A stretch of DNA of 64,000 bases, taken from assembly GCA_963830915.1 (NCBI GenBank), contig CAWHOE010000034.1:1-64000 (forward strand), in the 5' to 3' direction. Below are positions 11,449-20,982 of the stretch, one piece after another. The notes under the pieces are model-generated. The model searched no databases and was not told where the DNA came from. It was given only the letters and a program-made list of their open reading frames with translations. Numbering within the stretch: position 1 is the first letter of the stretch; every line of letters starts with the position of its first letter. A program made the translations under genes and the position numbers. The stretch comes from a candidate division FCPU426 bacterium (lineage in GTDB: Bacteria; Oederibacteriota; Muellerivitia; Muellerivitales; Muellerivitaceae).

Positions 11449-11772
11449 GAAAGCCTCCAAGGATAGGGTCAGGAAAAATTATTATAGGTTTTAAATTTTA
11501 AACAGGGAAATATTCGGGCTTAAAACCGTTAATATAAATCCCAATGGCGAAATATTTTGTTCCGAACCGGACCGCCCGGGCGGTTGAGCGATGAGGGATT
11601 TGGATTTTGGAAACTTTCTGGAAAATGTTTAATGATGTTCCTGGATATGTTCCTTTATCGGATTTAATTGGTTTTATATGTCGGGTCCTTTTAGTAAAGT
11701 AAGTCACGTTGGGGAGAGCTGGCCGGGCCTGACCCGGGCCGGTTGGTTCGATTCCTGTTCTTAAAGGTGACT

Positions 11773-12540
11773 ATGGCCCCGTCGAAAACGACCTTCGTGG
11801 TTCTTTTTTTTGGTATGGCCATTCTCCTCGCCGGCTGCGGGGCGGTCCTCATCAACGAAGGCTCCAAAGAGGAATCCCTTTCCGATGGGTTGAAGAATCC
11901 GGCCAAACTGGCCCCCAAAGTCGTGGTCCCTCCCGACCAGGCCCTCATTAGCGATTTCGAGGATGGTTCGGTCCATATGAATCCCAAACTTTACGGGGCG
12001 AAGGCGGGGATGTGGACCGCGACGACTTATAGCGGCACCGTGAACACGCCCCTGGTGGTCCCTGGCGGGGCCAATGGAACCGCGATGGCTCTCCACGTTT
12101 CTGGCACCCTGATCAACAAGGGCGACAATACCTACCCCTCTTTCGTTCTGTCGGGCAAGTTCAAGTCCAGGGGTTTTTTCGACGCCAGCCCCTTTCAAGG
12201 CATCCGCTTTTACTATAAATGTCCTGCCGACGACCAGGCCACCAGCCATCGGTTCAGCGTTCCCATCGCCGCGACCGTTCCTACCTCCAACGGCGGGACT
12301 TGCACGGACGGATGTTTCAATCATTTCGGGACGGACCTTCCGGCGGCCGCCGATTGGATCAAGAAAGACCTGGCTTTCGCCGATCTGAAGAGGGGATCGG
12401 GCTGGGGTTCGCCCGTCGCACCCCCTGATTTTACCGATCATTTGAAGGAGATCATCGATGTGGAGTGGGTGGACGGAAGCGGCAATAACGCGGGAAGCTA
12501 CAAGATCGATTACTGGGTGGATGAGGTTGAGTTTTATTGA
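11773..12540 (+). CDS. Lipoprotein with CBM11/CIA30-like domain
   Basis: Lipobox LAGC; LISDFEDG, FDASPFQGIRFYYK, CTDGCFNHFG, DYWVDEVEFY. Confidence 0.75.
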   Translation: MAPSKTTFVVLFFGMAILLAGCGAVLINEGSKEESLSDGLKNPAKLAPKVVVPPDQALISDFEDGSVHMNPKLYGAKAGMWTATTYSGTVNTPLVVPGGANGTAMALHVSGTLINKGDNTYPSFVLSGKFKSRGFFDASPFQGIRFYYKCPADDQATSHRFSVPIAATVPTSNGGTCTDGCFNHFGTDLPAAADWIKKDLAFADLKRGSGWGSPVAPPDFTDHLKEIIDVEWVDGSGNNAGSYKIDYWVDEVEFY

Positions 12541-12610
12541 GAGCTTCAAAAAATCTCACCTCAGAGACACGGTGAAAAGCATTGTTTTTTAAAAAAGTTA
12601 AATTAAGCAC

Positions 12611-15265
12611 ATGAAAGTGAAAATGAGCCGACTTCTTAAATTTTTTTTCCTGGGAATTTTTTTTCTCGGGGGTCTCAACGGCCTGCGCGCCTTTCCCTTG
12701 GAAAACGTCACCTCCGATAACGAACTTTACCAAAGGGTGAAAAAACTGGGCGACGCCGGACTTCTGGACTCCCAGGACAAAGCCGTGCTCGACCAGGGTT
12801 TGGTCGTCACCCGTTTGGAATTGGCCCTTTACACTGAAAAAGCCCAGTCCCGATTGGATCAAGCCTCTTCCGCGCCGACATCCATCTCCGTACCCGCGGT
12901 CATGACGCCGGCTCAGGCTCCCGCCGTTCAAGCCCCAAACGAGCCAAGCGAAGGAAGTTCCGCTGATCTGTCCATTGTTCCCGAGGCCCCGGTTCCTGTC
13001 CTGAAAGAGACCCGCCCATCCATGGGCGCAGGAGTTTCCCAGGCCCCTGTTTCGGTTTATAGCGGTCCCTATCTTTCACCTGACGTTTCCCCGACGGTAA
13101 AAAAAGAAATCGTGGCGTTGCGCAAGGAATTCCGGTTGGAGACCCAATACCTCAGGACCCGCTTGAGCCTGGATGACAAACGGGTCAAGGAGCAGGAGGC
13201 CGAACTGGACCATTTAAATACGGTCCAGGACGATGTGGAATCGGCCGCCCGCAAGTCCAATAAATCCGGCGGTTCACCCCATCTGATTTATGAAACCGAC
13301 GTCCGGGTGGAGGACCTCCAGATCTCGGGTCCCCTGGCGACCATGAACGCCATGAAACTGAAAAACGAGATGAACTTGGGGTTTTGGGCGGACCTGGGCG
13401 GGAAGGGATCCATCAACCTGGGACTCGAAGGTTTGATCTACGATTCGAACGCCTCCGCCGGTCCCGCTTCCATCTATCTAAACAGTCCCTCCATCAATTA
13501 TGAGTTCGACGGGATGCTGGGCAAATGGAATAGCACGGTGGCGGTGGAGTATTACTCCAGCGATACGGACCTGGGAGACTTCACCCGCGGGGCCTCCACC
13601 GCGAACCAGCGGTTTGAGGACCCTTTCGACATCAAGAAGTATTCAGGCGATAAGAACCAGAAGAACTGGGACGATTACATCACCAACCTCAGTTATGTCC
13701 CCAGCTACGCCTCCTGGATAAACTCCAACAACTCTCAACAGGTTTTCGACGGGTTGTACATGATCGGGACCCAATTGCCCCTGCTCAGTAAGGACGCGAA
13801 GGCCACCTTCCTGGTGGGCCGGGTGGACAGGACGGCGTCACAAAAATGGGAGGAAGCCCTGAAATATTCCCAGCCCTGGTTCGACGGCCATTTGCAGACC
13901 GGTATCTCAACGGAATGGGTCAATGAAAACTATGGCGTGGTGCCCGATTCCCCGACCACCTTGACCCCGGTCATGGACCAGAAAACATACGCGGCGGATA
14001 TCGGGATCGATCTGAAACCAGTATTTTTGGATATCGAGGGCGGATATTCGCATTTTTACACTGGTTTGTGGACGCCCAGTGGCGGTCCGGCGACCCTGGC
14101 GGCGGGAGGGGTTTCCCTCACGAATGGAACCATCAACCCCCAGGCGTTGGAAGCTCCCGCGGGACAAGCCTCCGTGAATATCTATCCCCTGACCCTTTAT
14201 TACACGGCCATCAGCGACACCTTTATCAATACCCAAAGTAAGGTCATTTTAGCCGGTTTTAATAAGGCCCAATATGGTTACGCGGTGCCCGGCGCCGCTC
14301 CTTACCCGGACAACCAATACGGCTTCATTGGGATGGTGGATGACCTGATCAGCGACCGCTACGGTTGGCGGGCCAATTTGGGATGGAAGGGGCGTCAGGA
14401 AAACTGGATGAAGGATTGGCCAAGTTTCCTGGACGATATCGTGGTGAATCTGGACCTGGCCCAAAAGACCGAATACCGAGTGATCCCCGATGAGTTGGGC
14501 TATAACGTGGTGGAGGCCTACGATTTGATCACGGCTTATTACCCCGAAGATTTGGGACTTTGGGGTTCGGCTTGGGGCGGATACAGCGGGGTCAACCCGG
14601 TGGGGAAGGCCTACGTTCAGGATATCGAAGACGCTCGTAAGGTCGGAAACGCCACCGGCAATGAGGACATTTTTGTCGCCACTGGAGCCACCCAGCGCGT
14701 TCCCTTCATCCTGCCCGTCTATGCCTCTCCCGGGGTCATCGCGACCAAGGTTTCCGGGGGTGTTACGACGAATCTTTACACCCCGTTAGATCATCTCAAG
14801 ACCTTCAACTACATCACCCTCACTACCAAGTTCCAATTCAACAAGATGTTAGGAATGAGTCGGCCCTTTTATGGGGACTTTTTTTTCACCGACCACCAAG
14901 TTTCAGGGGACACGACAACGACTACCTTATCCAACTTGCCCGATCCCAATCGTCCCGGACAGACCCTTGGACACATCCCCAGCCTTTTTGACCAGACCGT
15001 TTACGACACTTCCTTCTTGTACCAGCTTTTCCCCTTCCTGAATGTGATGGCCGATTATGGAATTGAGCTTTGGAAATCCAATTACACCTGGCCTTTGGTG
15101 GATTACCGCACCGATTCCTTGGGGGCAGGTTTGGCTTATGACATTCCCTGGGGAGGCTCGAAACTGGAAGTTCGTTATAAACATCTGACCTTCCAGGACG
15201 CTTATGTCCCCGCCAGCAACTACCAGGCGGACCAGGTTTACACCTATTTCTTGATGCAGTTTTAA
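12611..15265 (+). CDS. Outer-membrane protein A: SLH-like domain, Pro/Ala linker, coiled coil, large putative beta-barrel
   Basis: Signal peptide; LYQRVKKLGDAGLL..VTRLELA; LRKEFRLETQYL heptads; C-terminal YTYFLMQF. Confidence 0.7.
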   Translation: MKVKMSRLLKFFFLGIFFLGGLNGLRAFPLENVTSDNELYQRVKKLGDAGLLDSQDKAVLDQGLVVTRLELALYTEKAQSRLDQASSAPTSISVPAVMTPAQAPAVQAPNEPSEGSSADLSIVPEAPVPVLKETRPSMGAGVSQAPVSVYSGPYLSPDVSPTVKKEIVALRKEFRLETQYLRTRLSLDDKRVKEQEAELDHLNTVQDDVESAARKSNKSGGSPHLIYETDVRVEDLQISGPLATMNAMKLKNEMNLGFWADLGGKGSINLGLEGLIYDSNASAGPASIYLNSPSINYEFDGMLGKWNSTVAVEYYSSDTDLGDFTRGASTANQRFEDPFDIKKYSGDKNQKNWDDYITNLSYVPSYASWINSNNSQQVFDGLYMIGTQLPLLSKDAKATFLVGRVDRTASQKWEEALKYSQPWFDGHLQTGISTEWVNENYGVVPDSPTTLTPVMDQKTYAADIGIDLKPVFLDIEGGYSHFYTGLWTPSGGPATLAAGGVSLTNGTINPQALEAPAGQASVNIYPLTLYYTAISDTFINTQSKVILAGFNKAQYGYAVPGAAPYPDNQYGFIGMVDDLISDRYGWRANLGWKGRQENWMKDWPSFLDDIVVNLDLAQKTEYRVIPDELGYNVVEAYDLITAYYPEDLGLWGSAWGGYSGVNPVGKAYVQDIEDARKVGNATGNEDIFVATGATQRVPFILPVYASPGVIATKVSGGVTTNLYTPLDHLKTFNYITLTTKFQFNKMLGMSRPFYGDFFFTDHQVSGDTTTTTLSNLPDPNRPGQTLGHIPSLFDQTVYDTSFLYQLFPFLNVMADYGIELWKSNYTWPLVDYRTDSLGAGLAYDIPWGGSKLEVRYKHLTFQDAYVPASNYQADQVYTYFLMQF

Positions 15266-15271
15266 AAAAAG

Positions 15272-17506
15272 ATGAGAACGAATGGGCAAAAGGGTGAACG
15301 TGTGAAAGTGACCGAAAACCAAAAAAGAAATGATCGAACGGCCTTTTTGATCTTGGGAATGTTCCTGGCCATGGCCTTGCCGGTTTTTGCCGAACACGGT
15401 TCCTTGGCCTCGTTCCAAAGGGATGGCTGGATCGACACGGACCTGGAGACCTTGGCCCAGGCGGGTTGGGTCACGAAACCTGAAAACCCCGTGGGGGAAT
15501 TGACCAACCTGGAAGTGGCCCAGCTGATCGCCCAGGCCGCCAAGAAGGTGAATGACTTGCCGCCTTCCGCCACCCCCGGCTCTTCGTCGGCGGGAAAGAG
15601 CCTGGCGGTTTTATTGGATGAATTCAATTGGGAACTTTCTGTCATGGACGTGGAAGTGGAACAACTGGAGGACCGCCTTCGCAACTCGGAAGAACTCAGT
15701 GAAAGGTTCTCAGCCCTCCAAGAAAAGGATCTGGCTCGCACAGGTACCCTGCTTTCGGGTTATTCCAGGAGCTATTTCAACCTCTTCCGGGGCTTCGGTG
15801 CCAACGCCATCTATCCCGCCATGGACTACAACGCCGTTATGTTCGCGGACCTGAAATTCAAAAGTGTTCCCGTGCCCTTCGTCCTTTTCGACGCCGACCT
15901 TCGCATCTACCGGACCATCGGCTTCGTTTTTGGCGAGCCCCTCAATCCCGATTACAATCTGCGATGGCTGTCCCTGAACAACGTCAATGACGTGGCCACC
16001 TTGACCGCGGGTGATTTTTACCGCCGCTACACACCCCTGACCCTTTGGAATTCCGAGATCCCTGTTTACACCCTGATAGAGCCGACCTCCTATTACCGCG
16101 CCCGAAAGGATGTGGAGGAAATGGTCTATATGGACCATGGGCCCGATTGGCATATGAGGGGTTTACAGGCCGCCTCGGACCAGGCGGTACTGGATAATCC
16201 GGTGGTCAGTTCATTCCACCTGCAGGCCATGGCCGGGGAGTTGAGTACCGCGTCTCTTTTCGCTTTTGGGAACAATTACGCGGGGGCCGAAGGATCCATG
16301 GGTTTCTTCGGCGACAAGCTGGAAATCAAGGGGGCCGGATTACAACTTTGGAACGATACGGGCACGGCCGATCTGGCCTATAACCCCGCCATCCCCTCCA
16401 CCTTCGCCCGGCAATATCAAGTGGGAAGCCTTTCTGTCAGCGGAAACCTTCCCCTTCGAAAAGGGGTGAGCCTGACCGGGTCGGCGGAATACGCCGAAAG
16501 CCGATATCAAGACGATTCCAACAACGCTGGAAGCGTCTATACGGATTGGGCTTTCTTGGGCAACGGATCCCTGGACGTGGAGGGCGCCCATGTGACGGCG
16601 AAGTATCTCTCCAACGGGCCGGATTTTTTCTCGCCGGGAGCCCAAACCAACCGATACTCCCCCATCGCGGGCGCGGCTGGTTCGGGTTACCTGAACGGCA
16701 ACCAAAATCTGGACGATGCCCTTAATGGTTACTTGAACGGTTATGTTTTCCAAAACGTGACCCGGCCCGCGTTCGCCCCTTATGACCGTATGGCGGAAAA
16801 CGCGCTGCCTTATGGGGACGCGACCCCTAATCGAGAGGGTTTTGTGTTCGGGTTCTCAGCGAACATGGGAAAAGGAGGATGGGTCAAGCCCCAGGCTTCA
16901 TATATGAATATGAACGAGATACAGCCAGATTACATATGGACTGGGAGCGGGACAGGGACCGTACTGCCGGTGGATAGCGACGCCCGCCAAACCAACACCA
17001 GGGCCTTCGAGGGGTACGAAGGCGCCCTTTCGGTCGACTGGGCCAAGGGTTTGGAAGGTTTACCCCCGACCTGTGACCTGGCATTCGATTACAAGCACCA
17101 AACGACCAACCTGGGTTTGGGTACGCCCCTTTTCAGCGTGGATACCTTCATCGTCTGCGCGGACGCGGGCCCATTTCCCCAGATCCCCTTGTTGGAAGGA
17201 TTGACTCTTTCCGGCGCCTTTAAGTTAGCTCAATCCAGCGGGAATGAATATACGTTGATAAACACCGGCCAGCCGCCGACTTTGGCCAGCTATTCCTCCA
17301 TTGTTGATAATTCCCAACTGGGAAATTATCACGACCAAGCCTTGAACATTACCCTTGCCTCTTTCGCCTTTGGCTTCAAATGCCCCTTGAGCCCCACCTT
17401 CGATATCCATGGGGATTGGTTTTACAATCAGTATACCTGGAACGATGTTCCCGGATTTGACCGGCGCGAACAGATATGGAGGTTGACCTATGACGTCAGC
17501 TTCTAA
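15272..17506 (+). CDS. Outer-membrane protein B: SLH-like domain, coiled coil, large putative beta-barrel (start uncertain)
   Basis: WIDTDLETLAQAGWV..LTNLEVA; LLDEFNWELSVMDVEVEQLEDRL; GDFYRRYTPLTLWN; PYGDATPNREG; C-terminal LTYDVSF. Confidence 0.7.
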   Translation: MRTNGQKGERVKVTENQKRNDRTAFLILGMFLAMALPVFAEHGSLASFQRDGWIDTDLETLAQAGWVTKPENPVGELTNLEVAQLIAQAAKKVNDLPPSATPGSSSAGKSLAVLLDEFNWELSVMDVEVEQLEDRLRNSEELSERFSALQEKDLARTGTLLSGYSRSYFNLFRGFGANAIYPAMDYNAVMFADLKFKSVPVPFVLFDADLRIYRTIGFVFGEPLNPDYNLRWLSLNNVNDVATLTAGDFYRRYTPLTLWNSEIPVYTLIEPTSYYRARKDVEEMVYMDHGPDWHMRGLQAASDQAVLDNPVVSSFHLQAMAGELSTASLFAFGNNYAGAEGSMGFFGDKLEIKGAGLQLWNDTGTADLAYNPAIPSTFARQYQVGSLSVSGNLPLRKGVSLTGSAEYAESRYQDDSNNAGSVYTDWAFLGNGSLDVEGAHVTAKYLSNGPDFFSPGAQTNRYSPIAGAAGSGYLNGNQNLDDALNGYLNGYVFQNVTRPAFAPYDRMAENALPYGDATPNREGFVFGFSANMGKGGWVKPQASYMNMNEIQPDYIWTGSGTGTVLPVDSDARQTNTRAFEGYEGALSVDWAKGLEGLPPTCDLAFDYKHQTTNLGLGTPLFSVDTFIVCADAGPFPQIPLLEGLTLSGAFKLAQSSGNEYTLINTGQPPTLASYSSIVDNSQLGNYHDQALNITLASFAFGFKCPLSPTFDIHGDWFYNQYTWNDVPGFDRREQIWRLTYDVSF

Positions 17507-19886
17507 AATTCCCGGGGTCAGGGAACACCGCTTGGAGCGAACCGCCTATTGGAAACTCATGGCCCGAGGGGTTTTGTTTTTTGCCCTTTTTACCCTGAAT
17601 GGTTTGGCCGTCGTCGGCGCGACGACGGGAGACGCTTTGTTCTCGGTGGTGCCGGCGGATGACCCGGTTTATGGGCAGCTTCGGCAATTGATCGACGCCC
17701 GGCTTTTATCCCCGGGTGAAATGGCCCCTCCTTTAACCCGCTTCGATGTTGCCCGGGATATCCTGAAAGCGCGGGCCCGCTACGATGAAATAGTGGTGGC
17801 GGACGCACATTCTCCTGTCGTGAGTTCGGCCGACGCGGCTCCATCATCCCGGACCTCCCCTTCCGTGATCTATAAAACCGGGGTGATCCTGCATAACCTG
17901 GAAGAAACCTACCAGTACGAATTGGGCAAGTTGAATGAAAGCGTTAAGGCTTTAGGCGATTCTTTGAATGACATGGAGAACCAGGAATACGCCCTGCGTA
18001 AAAGGCTGAAGGGGATCGACCAATACCCGACCATTGCCATCCATGGATTGGGAAGGGCCTTTGGTTTTACCCAGCAATATTCGGGGGATTATTCAAACGC
18101 TTATTTTCCCAATCCGGGAATGAGGATGACCTATGGTTATCTGGACCTGGAGCCCGAGGCAATCGTCACGAAAGAGATCAAATTCAGCGGCATCATCCGC
18201 GCCGAAACGAATTTTTCGGCCAATCCTTTCAACGCCCCTTCCCATTCTTCCTTGAATGGTGAATTTATACAGGATTCCCCTTTCAGCGTTTCTACCAGCA
18301 GCAACTTCGTCCTGAGCCTCCGACGCTTGTCCCTGGATTTCAATCCGCCTTGGCTTTCGGCAACTTTAGGCGATTTCGAGGAAGCGTACACCCCCCTGAC
18401 CCTTTGGAACCGCGACAGCCTGGACTTGAAATACGTCCCCGAAATGTGGGCAAGGCAGGACGCGACCTTGAAATACGAGAGCTTTTTTGACCAGGAACCC
18501 AATTGGCCTTTCCGGGGTTTGAAGGTGGGAACCCATATCCTCTGGCCCGACTCCGATTGGGCGGACCAACTGAAAGTCTCCAGTTTTATCCATATGATCC
18601 GTAATGGGTTTGATGATACGGGTAATTTCGGAGGATGGTATTTTGGCCCGGATCAATTCACGGATTGGTTAGCAGCCGGAACGGCGTCCTTCAAGACTAA
18701 AAAATGGTACGGCGATGGAATATCTTTTCAAGCGCAATTGGATACCTACGGAACCATACTGGATGAACCCCTGTATACCGATGCCCCCGGGTCTTCCTAC
18801 AGTCCCACCAATCCTTCTACTTGGGCCCATCAATACCTGACGGGCAGCGTCAAACCGGATTTCAAAATGGACTTCGGGAATGGGACCTCTGTTGGAATAG
18901 AGGGAGAATACGCTTATACCAGCTACCAGGACGATAAACTCGACCCCAATAGGGTCATCACCGATTACGCGTTGATGGGCGGTCCCTATCTACAATTGGG
19001 CGATTCCAGTGTTTCTTTCGTCTATTTGAATGTGGGCCCTTATTATTACAACCCATTGGCCCAAACTCGGCAGGACGCCGTCACCGATCTTTCCAGCATG
19101 GCGAAATATATTCCCTCCGCTGAACAATGGCAGGCGCCTTTGCGGGGCCAGGACTTCCTCACCAATGTTCCCCGGCCAGGACAGATATACGGTTTCTACG
19201 ATCGGACCCAAGACAATACATTCCCTTATGGATTGGCGACCCCCAACCGACAGGGGATCGGGCTTGAGTTAAATATTAAGGCCCTGGAGCACCAAACGTT
19301 GAAGGTGCTGGGGGCGGCCTATCTAGTCCAGGAGATCACCGGGGAGATGGCTTTGCCCCCGGCTGTGACAACCTTAGTGCCGGTGGAGGTCAACTCGGGA
19401 GCGGCTCCGGTGCGCAATTTCACCTACGTCAATATCGGCCCCAGCTTCAACCTTGGACCGTCCCTGGGTTGGGACCGGGTTTTGGAGATCGGGAGCAACT
19501 TCCGCTATGAACAAACCTCCAGTTCCCTGGGAACATTGACCAGCCTTTGGGCGATCGGGGGAGTGCGGGTCGAGATCCTCCCGGTGTGGGAAATGTCCGC
19601 GGCCTTTAGCGATAGACAGGCGAATGGAACGGAATATGGTTACGGCGGATCCCTTTACGCCAGGTACACCTATCTTTATGACGGATCGGACGTGGGAGCC
19701 TACAAATCGGTCCAGATCAATGGGACGGTCCAGAGCCTCCGATGGTCCACATCCTTTAAGGTGAATCGGAACTCAAGCCTCTCCTTGGATTACAGTTGGA
19801 CTTTTGGAAACATGCTTCCCTCGGGACAAACACAGGGGACGCTCAACAACCAATTTGGGGAGATAAGCTATGAAGTCCTGTTTTAG
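17490..19886 (+). CDS. Outer-membrane protein C: SLH-like domain, coiled coil, large putative beta-barrel (start uncertain, possibly 17559)
   Basis: FSVVPADDPVYGQLRQL..LTRFDVA; LEETYQYELGKLNESVKAL; GDFEEAYTPLTLWN; PYGLATPNRQG; C-terminal ISYEVLF. Confidence 0.7.
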   Translation: MTSASKIPGVREHRLERTAYWKLMARGVLFFALFTLNGLAVVGATTGDALFSVVPADDPVYGQLRQLIDARLLSPGEMAPPLTRFDVARDILKARARYDEIVVADAHSPVVSSADAAPSSRTSPSVIYKTGVILHNLEETYQYELGKLNESVKALGDSLNDMENQEYALRKRLKGIDQYPTIAIHGLGRAFGFTQQYSGDYSNAYFPNPGMRMTYGYLDLEPEAIVTKEIKFSGIIRAETNFSANPFNAPSHSSLNGEFIQDSPFSVSTSSNFVLSLRRLSLDFNPPWLSATLGDFEEAYTPLTLWNRDSLDLKYVPEMWARQDATLKYESFFDQEPNWPFRGLKVGTHILWPDSDWADQLKVSSFIHMIRNGFDDTGNFGGWYFGPDQFTDWLAAGTASFKTKKWYGDGISFQAQLDTYGTILDEPLYTDAPGSSYSPTNPSTWAHQYLTGSVKPDFKMDFGNGTSVGIEGEYAYTSYQDDKLDPNRVITDYALMGGPYLQLGDSSVSFVYLNVGPYYYNPLAQTRQDAVTDLSSMAKYIPSAEQWQAPLRGQDFLTNVPRPGQIYGFYDRTQDNTFPYGLATPNRQGIGLELNIKALEHQTLKVLGAAYLVQEITGEMALPPAVTTLVPVEVNSGAAPVRNFTYVNIGPSFNLGPSLGWDRVLEIGSNFRYEQTSSSLGTLTSLWAIGGVRVEILPVWEMSAAFSDRQANGTEYGYGGSLYARYTYLYDGSDVGAYKSVQINGTVQSLRWSTSFKVNRNSSLSLDYSWTFGNMLPSGQTQGTLNNQFGEISYEVLF

Positions 19887-19960
19887 CCGGGGAACTGCCG
19901 GGAGCGTTCCAATGATGATTTCGGCGGTATGATTTATAAGGTGGGATTCAGGAGGAAGTC

Positions 19961-20677
19961 GTGAGGAAAGATAATTTTCTAATACCGGGCTTGGCCTTGC
20001 TGGTTATTGTTCTATTGTTTAGCTGGGCCAACGGCTGTTCTCAAAGAACTCCTTCCGCGGCCACGATGGAATATCACGCGCCCTGCCCGGATACGCTACT
20101 CGCAGGATTTGAGACGGCTCCCGTGACCAGTGTGAGCGGCAGCGTTACCACCATATCTTACGTACCGGACGCGGGAGTGACATTGAATGATCCTTCGAAT
20201 GGGGTTACCTACACCTCTATCCTGACCCGATCCCCCTATTACGTGACCCAGGGACTTTACTCATTGGATGTGGATATCCTCACTCCTGTTTCTTTCAACC
20301 AAAACATCATGATCATGACCTTTGCCAAACCACTCACCCTTACCAATACGATCCAAGTGATTATGGATGTCACGGTGGATCCATCCGTGGTCAATGGGGC
20401 GGGATATCACACCCTTTTATTCGTGGCGGATGATGGATCACCCACAGAGAATAAGTATTTTCAGTTTATCAGCGGGGATTACCCGACCATAAACGCCGGG
20501 TCGCAAAGTATTGTTTGGAACATCAATTTTTCGGCGGGAACCATAAACCCGAATGAGGGAATGACCAAATGGACCTTCGTGTATAACAATAACGCCACCG
20601 GAAACTCGAACGGAATACCTAACGGCACCGGGAATATCTATATGGATAATTTGCGTCTTGTCCCTAATTGCCCCTGA
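19961..20677 (+). CDS. Lipoprotein with CBM-like beta-sandwich
   Basis: AGGAGG RBS, GTG start; lipobox ANGC; LLAGFET, VTQGLYSL, GNIYMDNLRL. Confidence 0.65.
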   Translation: MRKDNFLIPGLALLVIVLLFSWANGCSQRTPSAATMEYHAPCPDTLLAGFETAPVTSVSGSVTTISYVPDAGVTLNDPSNGVTYTSILTRSPYYVTQGLYSLDVDILTPVSFNQNIMIMTFAKPLTLTNTIQVIMDVTVDPSVVNGAGYHTLLFVADDGSPTENKYFQFISGDYPTINAGSQSIVWNINFSAGTINPNEGMTKWTFVYNNNATGNSNGIPNGTGNIYMDNLRLVPNCP

Positions 20678-20865
20678 TCATTGAGCTATCTGAGCCATCC
20701 CAAGGTTTTTGACCCAAGCCCAGGCCTTTCTTTTCTTCAACAAAATTTGTAAACCATAAGATATTCACTGTCAAAACGCCAAGAACGGATTGGTGTGGAT
20801 TTTGGAAAAATTCGGAAGATTATTTTGACTTGCCTATAAAGGTACCTTCCTCCAGCGATTTTTCT

Positions 20866-20907
20866 TTGTCTTAACCCGTTTAAAGAGTAATAATTGAACC
20901 GGTTACA
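20866..20907 (+). promoter_or_regulatory. Putative lacI-family gene promoter with adjacent operator
   Basis: TTGTCT-17-AATAAT immediately followed by TTGAACCGGTTACA (20894-20907; palindromic core AACCGGTT). Confidence 0.6.
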
Positions 20908-20982
20908 TTAATTCCCTGAAAGTTTCAGGCCGCCGACCTCCAAAATTCCTGATTTATATATTTATTTTCTTAAGGAGAAGCC

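Noticed and set aside
9367..11466. Long + strand ORFs of 350 and 330 aa
   Set aside because: Antisense shadows of the GC-rich GH44 gene; no motifs
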